Shown here: piece by piece, positions 38,501 to 52,700 of the stretch
How positions within the stretch are numbered: the stretch's first letter is position 1
How the letters are laid out: each line of letters starts with the position of its first letter
From: Amphiscolops sp. MND2022
Taxonomy: Eukaryota
Assembly: GCA_964187785.1 (NCBI GenBank)
Contig: OZ076409.1
Span: 90,398,001-90,462,000, forward strand
DNA: 64,000 nt
Direction: 5' to 3'
The notes under the pieces: generated by a model
What the model saw: the letters and a program-made list of their open reading frames with translations, nothing else
Told to the model about the DNA's origin: nothing
The model's database searches: none
Translations under genes and position numbers: made by a program

Positions 38501-39600
38501 ATAGTGTGAATAGCTTGATTAATGTTGTAGATAGCAGTGTGAAAGTGAGCGGAAGAAGCAAAGCGGCAGAAATGAATGATGAGACACCTAGCATCAATCA
38601 CGTTAATGAAGCGAAAACGAAGCGACCAATCAAATTGCAGGAACAGCGCAATCCGTGGGAATCAAGTAAGGTTAGTCGTAGCGTTACCAAATGAAAAACA
38701 AGAATGAGACAAAGTCATTCAATTCGCGCGCTTAATGAAAAGCTGTTACCTGCCAATTACGCGGCGGATAAGATAACCCAGAAAATTATCACACTAGTAA
38801 AAAATTACTATGGAACAGCGGTGAGCCGGCTCCCCTCTCGCTGGAGAGAAAAATTCTAATCGTACTCCCCAGATGAAAGAGAATTCTTATACATGGATAC
38901 ACGTCTGGTTATTCCACAAGCAATGCGAGCAATGATTATGTGCTCCTTACACTATGGGCACCCAGGACGCGATGACATGCAAGGCATGGTATCGGACATA
39001 TGGTGGCCTAATAATCGCCGGGAGGTAATTGACCAGGCCAGATTTTGTGAGCAGTGCCTACAAGCTGGTAAGTATTTGAAAGTACTTTGAAACAAAAACA
39101 AGTAGCGAAAATAATTGAAGTAAAAGGAAAGAATGAAGAAATAGCACATGATTTTGCTGGTCCTTTTCAAAACGCTAAGCAAGGACAAATATCTCCTAGT
39201 ATCGATAGACCATTTTTCGGGATGGGCGGACGCGAAACTTTTACATAACCCAACAACGACAAAAGTGTTATAATTTTTTAAATGTTACACTTCTCGATAC
39301 GGGGTTCCCAAAACTGTTAGAACCGACCCAAGAACGGTATTTGTGAGTGACGAGTTCGCGAAATTTTGCAAACAGTTGTGAAAAAAGAATAAAACATGCC
39401 AAGTTCGAGACCATAGAAGCAACGGAAAAATAAGAAAGTTTGATCAGTACGATAAACGAAAGACTGCTCGCAAACAAGCAAAAAGTGGTAACGAAAGATA
39501 AATCAGGGTTGTCCGAAATCCTATATGCGCTAAGAATAAGCAAAAAAGGATGGAAAATCGCCGTTCGAGAAACAGCTGGGAAAAGAACCAAACACATTAA
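35563..39600 (+). mobile_element. Degenerate Gypsy element D (gag-pol remnants)
   Basis: gag-like ORF 35563-36057; protease IIDTGSP near 36620; RT/RH remnants; integrase LHYGHPG..WWP..CEQC at 38893-39090; LTRs not identified. Confidence 0.8.
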
Positions 39601-39989
39601 AATCGTATGTAATCGCATTCCTTTGCCGTCCTCATCAAACTATAGCAACCAAAGAGCCGTAAGCACTTCATCTACCTCAAAAAACACATAACAAAGACTT
39701 AATAAAACCCGTGTCACATCGTATAGCTAAAACCGGTTCCACAAACCGATTGTTGTCCATGAAAATGGTCACAGCGAGATGGGAACTCATTTGAGAAGGA
39801 ATGAGGTAGCAGCCACTTATTTGGTTAATAAGTCTAGATAGATTGTACAAATTTCGAAACTATAGTGTAATGGTCAGCACGCCAGGTCGGGACTTGGAAG
39901 AACAGATTTGTACCTTTTCAGCTCCTAACCTCTCTTTGAATCTTAGCTTTAACGTCCACAGAGTTTTGTGTTTTTCTATTGTGGTGGAG

Positions 39990-42261
39990 TGTCGTTTCTT
40001 CGGCGGTTCAGAACACTTTTCATTAAACTCTAGTCTTCGCAGTGTTCGTCAGAAGGCAAATGAAGAAAGAAATCAACACCTCATCTAAAACAAAGCAACA
40101 TATAAGAAAGACCTATATAGAACAGTGTACACATCATCCCTCCAAGTCTTTGACTGGTTACTTGCAAATGTGATCGTTGAATCTCGAGTTCGGTTTCTTG
40201 ACAAGTGCTGACATCCTAATCAGGGTCTCTGGAGTAGTGGAAAACTGTACAATCAAAGAAATGTCTCCGCCAGAAACGCGTCGATTTTTTTTGCCACCCT
40301 TGTTTGTGGCGATAGGAACATCTATAGTTGATTTTTTTACCAGTAGATCACTAGCAACGGTAGTTGGACTGGCAAACCAACCAATTGAACCAGAACGTGA
40401 TGAAATCCTTCTCTCAGACCTATCTGAAACTTTCCAGGTGGGCCCTGCTGTATGATTGTCGTTTAGTATGACATAAATTGCATGATCCCAGAAGAAATCC
40501 CGAGGAAGTTTTACTTATCACAGCAGAAGTATTAAAACGTGTGAACACAACTTGTTGCATGATATAAAACTGGCGCGAAGAAACAAGTTCCATGCCCAGT
40601 TTGCACAGCCCGTTCAACAAGTCCAATACTCTTCAGGTTATATATTGGACTCTCCATTGTGATGGATCCTTGAGCCTGTAATCACGTGACAACTTTGTCG
40701 TTATTACATTCTTTAGCATTGTTGGAATCAAAGGTACCTAATGGGATTCCAAATCTCCCAACAAATGGCGTAAAGAGGCTGTATGGTTTTTAACATTAAT
40801 CGATCACCGCAACTAAACGCTTCTTTCCAATCAAAACAAGCGTCAAATCTCTGAGGATGGTGCCTATTTCTCAAATGTCCCATGGCTGTGGGTCGCGCCT
40901 TTATTGACCACTTTTACAATTCGTGGTCAGTTCTTCGCACCATCAGAGCAAGCACTTACACATTTTTCAACTTCTTTGCATGGCCCTGGTCACTAAAACC
41001 TTTGCTCAACATGTTCTTTGTTGCCCTGTCACCACGATAAGTATCGTGAGCTAGTTCGATGACTATGTCCCGCAACCTTACTAGAAAGTTAGATTTCGTG
41101 CAGTTGTGTAGCTGCCGTTTCCCGAATGAATGTCCGGAAAACAAATACTATCTCGAAAACAATCACTGCTTGCGAACATGCTTGCCAACACTGACCGCCA
41201 TTAATTACACGCCTGGTAATTCGCAACGTCAGGACATTGCGTTCACCTTCACTCATCAACTCTTCGAATGGCAGACGTTTGCGCTCCTCAAAGTAAACCA
41301 AGAAATCATCACAACGAGTGCATGAGTACTCAACTTGATTGCACTCAACGTCATCGTGAATTGAACTTCAATACGTTCATGGCATTGGCATGAGGAATCG
41401 AACAACTTTATTTGTGTCTTTTCTAAAAATTAAAGGCTTTAAATGAAATTGCCGACCTTGTTTTTCTTGCTGACACTGTTTTAGAAGTTTTTGTTTGGAC
41501 TAAATTATTTTTGCAGAGGACGATGATAAGAGTCGAGCTTGAACTTCCGGCCAAGTAAGAACTGCTCCAAAGATTTTACCACGAAGTCAATCGCTAGTGA
41601 AGACTTAACGATCAATGTTGGCATACCTCAGCTCAACTGGAGACAACGTCTATGATACATAAACTATAGGGTTCATTCCTGAGGTAGGAATCCACAAAAA
41701 GCATTCTCAGACGCATCAGTTGTGATCGGTTCTTATTTTTTTCAGAGAATAGGGCTTACGAACAACAGGTTACGATGGTAACTCCGACTTCCACTTTTCG
41801 AATCCACTTTGACGTTTTTCACTCCAATCGATCCCAGCCACCAATCTCTTCCTCAGATCAGAAACTGGGGCAATTTTCGATATGAAGTTCGGAACGAAAT
41901 TGTTGTAGAAGTTGACGAATCCACAAACGTGTTTAACTTTCACGCCACTTCGAGGAGGCTGGCTCTGTTGACGTTATTGAGAAGGAGGCCACCGAGCTCA
42001 ACCCCATTTCCTGAATTTGTGAAACCGAGAAAGGTGTTTTGATCTCATTAATGATGATATGCCATTAATGATGATACCCAGGCTATCCTTAAGTGCCCTC
42101 CAAAGTTTTTCATTTTGAGTTCTCGTTCTTCCATACATCGTCCTGAAAAATGATCGTTCCAACCAATTTTTTGAGAAGTTCTCGATTGTTCGCTGGAACA
42201 ATCCACTTCCGTTTTTCATTCCCTGAGGAAGTCGGAGTAATTTCAAGAGGTCAAATTGTGT
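39990..42261 (-). mobile_element. 3' part of old Gypsy element E (RT C-half, RH, INT, 3' LTR ~39990-40136), relative of element F
   Basis: LPQGMKNGSGLFQRTIE; colinear similarity to 45004-47085; PPT and LTR resemble those of element F. Confidence 0.7.
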
Positions 42262-44845
42262 TGTTACTCCCGCTCAAATCTTACAGCGGATTTGAACTTT
42301 CTGCCAATCCCTGATCCTTCCCGCTTTTCGGCCAAAAAGCAGGAACAAACTTTCAAAAGTACTATATCTGTTCAATGAGTCCTCAGCTGCTAGACTTTTT
42401 GGTCTGAGCAACACTTCGATCCCCCCTATCCCTCATTCAACTGGAAATCTGCCTGGCGTCTTGTCCGTAGATTTACGCTCAACCATAGCAATTGGCCGTC
42501 CTTAAGGAATTGTTCCCACCAAAATTTCCAAGGAGGTTGCTCGTTTCACGTCTATAGCTTTTACGATGAGCTTGTATTCTAGTTACTACGATGGACGCCT
42601 TTAGAACGCTCTATTAGATCTTCGACCTACTACGCCTATTAATGCTAATTTATTGAAACTTTTCTGATTGATTTGGACTCCTAAAACTGCTGATTGTTTT
42701 TTTAAATCGTTGAGCAGTGCAATGCGACCCACCCAATCACAACCTTTCTGAATCGGAACCGTGATAGCTACTAAACAGCTGTTAAAGACATGACATTTAG
42801 GTTTCAAGAGTATTATTATCAGCTTTCTGAAAATGATATCAAAATTCGTCAAATAAATACTCGACTCAACCAATGTGCAATCCAACATTTTTAATTTCAC
42901 AGGTCATTAGAATAACAAAAACTGCATAAGATAAATTTTCCATCACATTTCTGGACCTCTCACACCTCCAGTTTGCTTTTTCACTTCCATTATTTTCATT
43001 TTGAGGTAACTCAATCACTGAAACTGCTATATGAACGGAATTTGACCGATAGGTTGAATTAATAACATTTGACTTCAATCACGAAAAAATTCCAATGGAA
43101 TTGTAGTACATTGGAATTTGGAACAGCACAGGTAAGTGGATCAAGCCTTCAGGTTTCGAGTGATCTAGAAAGTTTTGCAACTCAAGATTTCAACTAGTTG
43201 AAAATAAGTTTCTGAATCTCTGGCGCCGATGTCGCTGGCCCTGTTTTCTCTCTCACAGTGGCTTGAACGATTATTCCATATAATGTCTGTGTCTTTGCTG
43301 ATCGAATCACTCCATAACTGCCCGGGAAGACATCCAAACCTTTAGCTGTTTAACTTTCGTACTGCTTGACTGAGTTGTCAATGACCCACAGCAGATTACC
43401 TACACTGAAATCTGGCCCCTATTTGCTCGCTCATTCTGGTCGCACTTTCCATTTCGGCATATACTCGCGATCTCATCGTTTCCATATCATTTCGTGATAG
43501 GCTTTGAACAATATGTGGAGTATTCGACAGTTCACATATCTGGATTCATTCGGCAAAAGTGGCTCACTAACCGAAGGTCTGGCCAGTGGAAGTTGGTCAG
43601 GCGTTCATGCCTCGATATCCTCCAATATGCCTTTGGTTTCCAAGTGGCAATCTCAAAGCCACAACATGCAGACTCCCACTGCATGAGTTCGCTATGGCTA
43701 TTTACATTGTCGAATTCGACTACCGGAACAGAGGCTATAAAAGCACAAGTTGCTTTTCTTCAACGTTTTGTATCATTCAGCCAGTTTCAAGTTTAGAAAA
43801 GACCACATTCTCACTTGTGTTCGTAATCTTTCACAGGGCTCCACAAACACAAGGGTTTGCCTTTCGTTGAGAGAGTCCGTTGTAGTAGAAATACTGGTTG
43901 TCTTAGGTGTGTCTCAGTCTCTGTTTGTTGTTAGTTTTGTCGTGTCACTCTTTCATTTCCAAAATGTAAACGGTTGTTCGCTTGTTTCTGAGCAATGTTT
44001 TCCAACTGGGAATTGATCAATCTCATGCTCTTGGTTGTAACTCGGGTCTAATTGTTGCAGGTAAGAGGGCCATTTCTTTTTCAACACGATTGGTAGTTTC
44101 CTCATTGCATTGTTAAGCACTGATACCGAACGATGTCACTTTCATACCCATACGGAGTCAGGGCATTGACACAGAAACTACTACACAGGACATCCAGAAA
44201 CTACTTGGGAATACTTTATGATGTCAAGCGAACTGTGGTGGGCTTTTAAACACCCGTAGGAGTGAATCAGTTTCAGTTGTGTATTGACAACAAGTTCTGG
44301 TCGACCAAAATCTCGCTCAAGTGTTCACAAAGCCACTTCGCACTTATCACCAGAGTAGTACACACACTCGGGAGTATTGCCAGAGAACTTGTCCAAAACA
44401 AGAATATGAAGTTTCCATGATGAAATTTTTGCTGCAAGAGTTCTTGCATGATGTCGTTGTTAACGATTGACTGCGATGTCATTAATTTAGTTGGCTGTTG
44501 CTCGCAGCGGGCGTCGAGATTGTCTGCAATAAAAACACTTCCTCGGGGTTGAACCAAATCGTTTTCGTTTTGTCGTCTGTTTGTTTTGCGGGCAACGATG
44601 GCTCTTTAGTACTTACAATTGGTCATCCTTGTGACGTGCCATGATCTTAATTCACACATAGGTTCAGTTTTCTTACGTCGTCGTTCGAGTGATTGAAAAT
44701 GTTCCTCGACGACTCCAACCATGTTTTTTAGTCGCCGGGTTTTTCATTTCAGAACGATATATACTGCAAAAGCTAGATTGCCACCCTTTTTTCAGTTTCT
44801 TCAATTTTAGATAAAGCTGTATCTTGCGGGTCATCTCATCCAATT

Positions 44846-47800
44846 TGTCGTGTTTCTCGCAGATCAAAACGCTCTTCTCTAAAAGCTAGTATTCACAAGA
44901 CGGCAGACATCAAAGCACATATCAAAAGGACATCGACATCTAAAATGGAACATATGTCAATTGCAGCAATATATATTAAAAGCACAAATCAGTATACACA
45001 TCATCCCCCTTCCAAGTGTTCTCAAGGTTACTTGCAAATGAAGTCGTTGAATCTTGGGTTCGGTGCAATTTGGCAGGTACTCGGTAGAATTGTTCTCTCG
45101 GACCAGTGTGAACTTTCCTCAGTGAGTCACACTGTATTATTGCACTTCCGAACAACATACCTCGCAGGAACAGACGCAGCATGAGGTCCAGCACGAAAAA
45201 CTACACGCTCTCCGATGGGAAATTTGATGACAGCAGGGAGTCGCATTTTACTTCAAAGCAGAACTTCTGAGGGAGTCTTCCCTCTCATGGAAGAAGTGTT
45301 ACGGTGGGTGAACAGGCCTCGCTGCAGAAATGCATGGAAACTGACACGAAGGGACGAGTTTCATACCGTCGATACTTTCTTTACAGTCTGCACAGCCCGT
45401 TTGGCAAGGCCATTACTCCTTGGATTGTAGATTGGACTCTCTAAATTGGTGCAGCCTTGCGCCTGTAACCACGTGACAACTTCGTCGTTGATAAATTCTT
45501 TTGCATTGTTGGAAACTAAGGTGTGCAGGACCCCAAATCTCCCGAAAATGACGGAAAGACAACGTACGACTTTTTCCGTGGGCCGATCGCTGCATATGAA
45601 CGCTTCTATCCAACCAGAACCAGCGTCGACAATAATAAGAATGTTGCCTATTTCTTGGATATAGGCCCAATCCATGTGTAGTCTCTCCCATGGTTGTGTA
45701 TCCCGCCAAGTATCGATCGACTTTTCAGTTCGTGGTCGGAATTTTGCACATTTAGAGCAGGCACATATCTGTTTTTCAACATCTTTTCCGATGCCAGAAA
45801 ACCAACACATTAGGTTCACCATGTTTTTAGTCGCCTGGACACCAGGATGCGTGTCATGGGCTCGTTCAATTACGATGTTCCGCATTCTTGGTGTAATGTA
45901 AGGTCTAGTTCCGTTGTATAGCAGCCCGTTCTCGACTGTGAGGAAACCAGATACTTTCTTGAAAAAACTCTCTACTTGAGTACATGCTTTCCAATCGCCA
46001 TCGATTACACGCCTGATAATTCGCTTCGCCAATTCATCGCGTTCACCTTCACTCCTCAACTCTTCGAATGGAATGAGTTTATATTCGGCAAAACGAACAC
46101 AGAATTCATCAAGTATGGAACTTACGTAGTCGACTAGATTGCACTCGTTGTCATCCCTATTGAAATTCAGTCTACTCATGGCGTCAGCATGAGGAATCGA
46201 GGAACCTTCTTTGTATTCAATCTCATAATCAAAGCCCATAAGCGAAATTGCCCATCTTGCGATTCTTGCTGATACGGTTTTTGGGAGTTCCTTGTTCGGA
46301 GCAAATATGAATTCCAGGGTAAGATGATCAGTTTCGAGGTGGAATTTCCGGCCAAGTAAAAACTGCTTCAAGCGTTTTACCACAAAAACAATCGCTAGGG
46401 GTTCACGCTCAATGTTTGAGTATCTTTGCTCAGCTTGAGACATTGTCTTCGATACATAGGTTACAGGGTGCCCTAGCCATAAGGATAAGACTCCGCCAAT
46501 AGCTTTCTCAGACGCATCAGTTGTGATCGTTACTTCCTTTTTCAGAGAATTGGGCTGAACAACAGGTTTCGATGCTAGCTCAGACTTCAGCCTTTCGAAT
46601 GAACGTTGACATTTGTCGGTCCACTGGAACTCAGCTTCCGAATTGTTTCTCAGATCAGATATTGGGGCAATTTTCGACGTGAAGTTTGAGATGAACCGGC
46701 CGTAGAAGTTGACCAGTCCACAAAATTGTTCGCCTTCCTTAACACTTTGAGGAGGTTGGATTTTACTGACTTTATTGACAAGGCAATCATCGGGCTCAAT
46801 CCCGCTTCCTGAAACTGTGAAACCGAGAAAAGTGATTTTCTCCATGACATTTCCCGACTTCATTTCGTTTATGGTGAACCCCTTGTCTTTCAGGCGATCC
46901 TGAACTGCCCTCCAAAGCTTCTCACATTGACTTTTTGTTCTTCCGTGTACCAGTACGTCGTCCTGGAAACAGATAGTTCCAGCCAATCCTTTGAGAGTGT
47001 TCTCGATTGTTCGCTGGAACATTCCGGATGCGTTTTTTTTCTTTGAGATAGTCTGAATAACTTGAAGAGACCCAGCGTTGTGTTGATGACACAAACTTCC
47101 TGCGCTGCATCATCCAACAATATTTGGTATTAAGCAGATGATAAGTCAATCTTGACGTAAAACTTTGATCCTTCCAGCTCGTGGAATAATGTTACCATGT
47201 CGGGAAGAGGGTCATCTTATCGTTTACATGAACTTTGACGTCTGCACAAAGCCGAAAAGATCCGTCTTTCTTCCTTTGTCACACGACTGGCGAAGCATTC
47301 ATGACACCTCCTGGATCAAATAGGGCGCTGATTTATTGTGACTGAAGTTTCGCCAATTCAATCTTGACCTGGTCTTCCATGGCAAGTGGAACTTTCCGGG
47401 CGCGACAGAAAACGGGTTTTGCGTCAGGCTTCTGTTTGATAGTGGCTTTAACTCCTTTAATTGCGGGCAAGACTTTTACATCAGACAAAGACGCGTTGTG
47501 AATGTGATCAACTCGGGTCACGTCTCTGCCGATCAATCCGAATTCTTTCTCGGACTCGATAACTGCAACATCAACGCTCTTAATTTTCTTTTACCATTGG
47601 ATCTCACACTTTAGATGTCCAAGATAAAGCATTCTGTGTCCAGCATATGCTTCAATCCATCGGGGGCTAGTGCTCAAGGTTGGAGAGCCAAATTCCCGGC
47701 AATATTTTGTTGAGATAAATGCCACTGAAGAACCAGTGTCATTCTGCATTCGAACGTCATGACCATTTATCATGATGCTATGAAATTCAGCTTTGCTTCC

Positions 47801-49734
47801 AATGTGATGGAGTTCTTCTACAGTTGCCATTTGTTCTACATAATACATAGTTTCCTCAGATGAGGCAGGATCTTCAAATTCTTGTTTTTCACAAGTATGG
47901 TTCACTGATGCATTCGATTTTTGATAGGTTTTCCCTTCAGTTCGCGAGGCTTCTTGTCTTTTAGCTTTGCACATTCTGGAATAGTGTCCTTGCTTCGAAC
48001 AATTATGGCACTTTTCATCCTTAGCAGGGCACTCATAAAGTAGGTGGAATGGCTTTCGTCCACATCGTCCACACTGCTCTGGCTACTGACGGCGACTCAG
48101 ATCTTTTTTATTATTGGGGCCACGTTTTTCTGCATACCTAACTACACTTGAAGTTGACTGATGAACTAAACTCTCAGCAAATCTCTTGGCTTGGGTTCTA
48201 TTTCGAATTAGCTGAAGCAGTTCTTCCACAGTCAAGTTGTCGTTTGCTCTGAGTGCTTCAAGCAACTTGAGTTTTGATTCGCTACCTCGTAGTCCGGCGA
48301 CGAATTGTAAACGGATCATTTCAGCTCCACGATCAGGAGAAGCTTTGAGATCGACAAACTTACAAAACCGCGCAGCCTCTCGGAGCATGACAAGGTAGTC
48401 GGTTTCTGCTTCTTCCCCCCCCCCCCCCTTGAGACATCTGAAGGAAGCCAGTGCGTTCTGCAACCCCCAGTCTCTCTTGTGGCTTCAAGTAATTTATGAG
48501 ATCCTTACGAACGTCTATGAATTTCATGTCTTCAAAGTTTCTGGGCGCGACCAGGCTACTGAGCTTTGTCAACGCTTCCAACCCGCATTGGCTCATGAAA
48601 AAATCAGTCACCTGATAAATTTTTGCTATGGCAGCCACAGCTGGCGGTTCACTAGTTTCAGGTGTTGCGTCGATGTCCCTCTTCTTTTCAACCCGCGCTC
48701 GCGCCTCGGACGCCTTGAGCCACATAAGTGCTTGATCGGGTTCCTTGAGGTTCAATTCCGGCTCAATACCCAATGATTTTGGTGATGACTTGAAAAAAAA
48801 ACACGATTCGAACATTTTGTCTCTTCATGGATAAGAAGTACTAACGGGGTTTTGAGTCCAAGACTTCAAAAAGCTCACCTTTAATTCGAAAAGCTATAAA
48901 GAGGTAAAAACAGCGGCTCTGAGTCCGAGACTCTAAAAGCTCACCTTTAGTTGTCTTCTCTTTTTCTCTTAGCCTCTCTTCGTTGCTCGTGAGTTCTTCG
49001 CTTGGTGCCTCTTGTTTTCAAGATCTTCCTCAGGTTCGGATAAAAATGTAGGATTATACCTAGGGATCTGAGTTCGAGATCGCTGGAAAGATCTAAGGTT
49101 TTGTGTTTCTCGACGAGTACTTCACTGCGCTGCTCAGCCTTGCCTAAAATATCTATCGTGACTTGGATGATTCGGCAGTCCAAAGTCCTTAGGTCTTCAA
49201 AGATATTCGGGGACCCTGGACGTTGACAATAAACTATGCCGCATAAGTTTGTGAGACTTCTCAAGGAAGCCACCAGCTGATTTACACTTCGCAGTTGATA
49301 GTTATTACATTTGTGGGGTGGGGTGTGATAGTTAAACAGATCGTGCCACAGGAGTGTTCTCGTATTTTTCAGTTCTTCTGACTTTAGATAGTATTAAACG
49401 TCTTTTGACTTGTTCACGGACTCTGGGTTCATACTAAAACCGGGAGCGGCGTGGACGAGTTCTCGTAGTGGCTTACGCAAACTGATTTGAAGTTCTTCAA
49501 TTGAGTTGTACAAGGAACTGGCTGCAATAATTTTAAGGATGCTAACCTTGAAATGTATCCTGGTCTGGACACCTTTTGTCGTGTTTCTCGCAGATCAAAA
49601 CGCTCTTCTATAAAAGCTGGTGTTCACAAGACGGCAGACATCAAAGCGCATCTCAAAAGGACATCGACATCTAAAACAAAACATATGTCAATAACAGCAA
49701 AATATAATAAAGGCATAAATCAGTATACACATCA
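44846..49734 (-). mobile_element. Gypsy element F nested in the BEL/Pao array; 158-bp LTRs (44846-45003, 49577-49734), TSD CAATT
   Basis: Perfect CAATT on both sides; PPT GGAAGGGGGA (45004-45013); gag 48083-48815, protease DTGSS, pol 45361-47094; empty site at 60247-60251. Confidence 0.93.
45361..47094 (-). pseudogene. pol: Element F pol fragment (RT C-half, RNase H, integrase)
   Basis: FQDDVLVHG, TTDASEKAIG, HDTHPG..CSKC, LHMDWA; frameshifted upstream; SNN and AKR replace catalytic D/E. Confidence 0.9.
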
Positions 49735-52700
49735 CAATTCTAGTGCCTCCTTTGCTATTGCCAGTTGCATCTCTCGTTCTTTCCATTTCAGTTTCATTTT
49801 CAGCTCTCATTGATTCCGTTTCAGCTGTATCATGCTGCGTTTTTCTGATTCCGGCTTCCGTTTGTTCTTCGAACATTTGTGCTTCATTTGTGTTTGTAGC
49901 ACTGCCCGTGTTATAGTCTGGCTCTTCTACAATACGGAATGTCATTTGGGGGGATACAAGTGCTTCTACATAACGGTTGGTACCCACTGCGGGAGGGTCC
50001 TTTGCTGGACTGCCTCCAATTGTGCCAGCTTTTTTTGTGTCCGGCAACGGTGCCAGTGTCTCCGTTTTCATTGTCTGACAGCATCATTGTTGTATTTACA
50101 TTTTCGACCAGTTTTTCTACTTTCTCGGATGCCAGCGGTAACTGATTTTCAAAATGTTGTTGTATCAATCGATTTTGTTCATCTCTGGCGTTTGCTCCTC
50201 CTCGCGTTCGGTCGAGTTGCCCAGCCAGTCGAGTAGATTTTTCACCTGGGCACACTCATCAGCTTCCTCAATTTGCAGAATGAGCAAAAGAGGTTTCATG
50301 AGTCGTAGCTTCTGTTGATGAAGCATTTTGTTTCTCTAGTCTAAGAGTAAACCGTTCAAAGAGTTGCCGTATCTTAGGCAATCTGTCCTTTTGTCGGATC
50401 GAAGCATTTACCTCACATTTCCACTCCACTTGAGATTGAAATATGTCTCTCTGTTTGTCTTCCAACTTCCCATTTTGCACAAAAGGTGTTTTCGTTATGT
50501 GGAGCTCTGATTTCTTGACACTGCACTTCAAGACATTGTTGTTTGCCGTCTATAGCTCCACTGCTTTGTCCATACCAGAGAGAATTTGTTCCTGGTGAGC
50601 GAAAAGGTCTTCATGTGTATATAGTTTCAACATTGATGTGAACTATGTCACCGAGTCAATGAACTTCTGCTTCTCTCTGGAGAATTCCTTGTAGAATTTC
50701 CCCGAGAGGACAAGTTTGTTATCTATGTCCAGTCAGTTTCTTGCTGAATTGATCTGTTGAGACAATCTCTCTCAAAATTTTTGAATCTATTTTCCAATTC
50801 CTCAACGTCAGTTTTCCATTTGGCAAAACTACATGACTTCTTCAGTTCGATCAACCACTTGTCGTCTTTGAACCATGTTAAATCGCGCTCCCGACTCATG
50901 AAGACTTTTTTCCATGGGTTTTCCAATCTATTTTTTGAACCAAATATTGTCCAGGTCGGCAGACCAAATGTAAGTGTAGCGGCCGCTCAATTCTTACAAC
51001 TGAATTGAGTTTTCTGCCGGTACATGATCCTTTCCTCATCTTCGGCCAGAAAGCAGGAACAAACTTTCAATAAGATTGTGTCTGTTCAATGATTTCTCAG
51101 CTGCTAGCGGCTTCGTAATCCTAAACGCCAGGCCTCGGACTGGGCAATACTTCGATCCCAAAACATTTTTGACTGGAAATCAGCTTCGCCTCTTGGTGTG
51201 CGGAGGTTGTACACTCCACAACAGCGATTGACTGTCCTCAATGAAATATTTCCACCAAAATTCCTTGTTCGTGTCACGTCTATAGCTCTCACGATGAGCT
51301 TTTGTTTCCGTTACTACGATGAGCGATTATAGAACGATCTCCTAAATCGTAGATCTACTACGCCAATTGATGCTATTTCAATAGAATATTTCTGATTGAT
51401 TCAGTTTCCTAAAACAGTTGATCGTTCGTTTTTTTGATAGCTGAGCAGTGCAATGAAACCCTCACAGTCACAACTTGTCTAATTTGGAACCGTGGTAGCT
51501 ACTAAGCAGCTGCCAAAGACATGACAATTAGGTTTCGAGAGTATTTTTATCATCGTTCTGAATATAATATCAAAATTGGTCAAATTTTCACTCTACTCAA
51601 CCAAAGTGCAATCCAAAACCTTGATGTTCACAGGACATTAGAATAACAAAATGTGCATAAGATAAAACTTCCATCACGTTTCTGGACCTCTCACACATCC
51701 AGTTTCCTTTTTCCCTTCCATTGTTTTCCATTTGAGGTAAATCAATCACTGTAACTGCAATTTGAACGGAAATTTGACCGATAGGTTGAATTTATAACAT
51801 TTGACTTAAATCACGAAAACATTCCAATGGAATTGTAGTACAATGGACTTTGAAACAGCACAGGTAGTGAATTACGCCTTTCGATTTCGAGTGAGTTGGA
51901 AAATGTTGCAAATCAAGACTTCAACCAGTTGAAAGTTAGTTTCTCAATCTCTGGTGTCAAAATCGCCGGCCCTGTTTTCTCTCTGAAAACAATCGTCAAA
52001 AAATGGTTGGCGAAATCTTCACAGTGGGTTGAACGAATATCCCATTTGATGTCTGCATCTTTGCTGATCGAATCACTCCATCACTGCCCGGGAAGACATC
52101 CAAACATTTAGCTGTTTGACTTCCGTACTGCTTGACTGACTCGTCAATGACCCACACCAGATCACCGACACTGAAGGCTCAACCACCTTTGCCCTCCCAT
52201 TTTGGTTGCACGATCCGTTTTGACATAAAATTTCGAGCCCATCGTTTCCATATCATTTCATGATAGGCTTGAGACACTCTATGGAGTTCTCAACAGTTCA
52301 CATATCTGGATGCATTCGGCGAAAGTGGCCCACTAATCGAAGGTCGGTCTAGTGGAAAAAAATTAGGCGTTCATGTCTCCAGATCTTCCGGATCATCAGA
52401 CACAGGCGCCAAAAGTCTTAAATTAGGCGTCTGTTCAACCAAACACATCGTTGTGGTGAGTCAAGCGTCGACTTGCCAAGATTGCAATCATAGACTTTCG
52501 CAAATGCTCACTATTCTCTCCCAGATACAACCGAAACATGGCGCTCCGGGGGGATTGAATTGTCGAACGACGCGCCGGTTTGCAAGAATTTCCGGAATAG
52601 AGTCCTCATTCCCTTCGCTGGAGCATTCTTTGAACTCCTGTGCCGCTCCAACAAAATTGTACAGTTGTCACTGATGATAATCAATGTAGCATGACAAGGT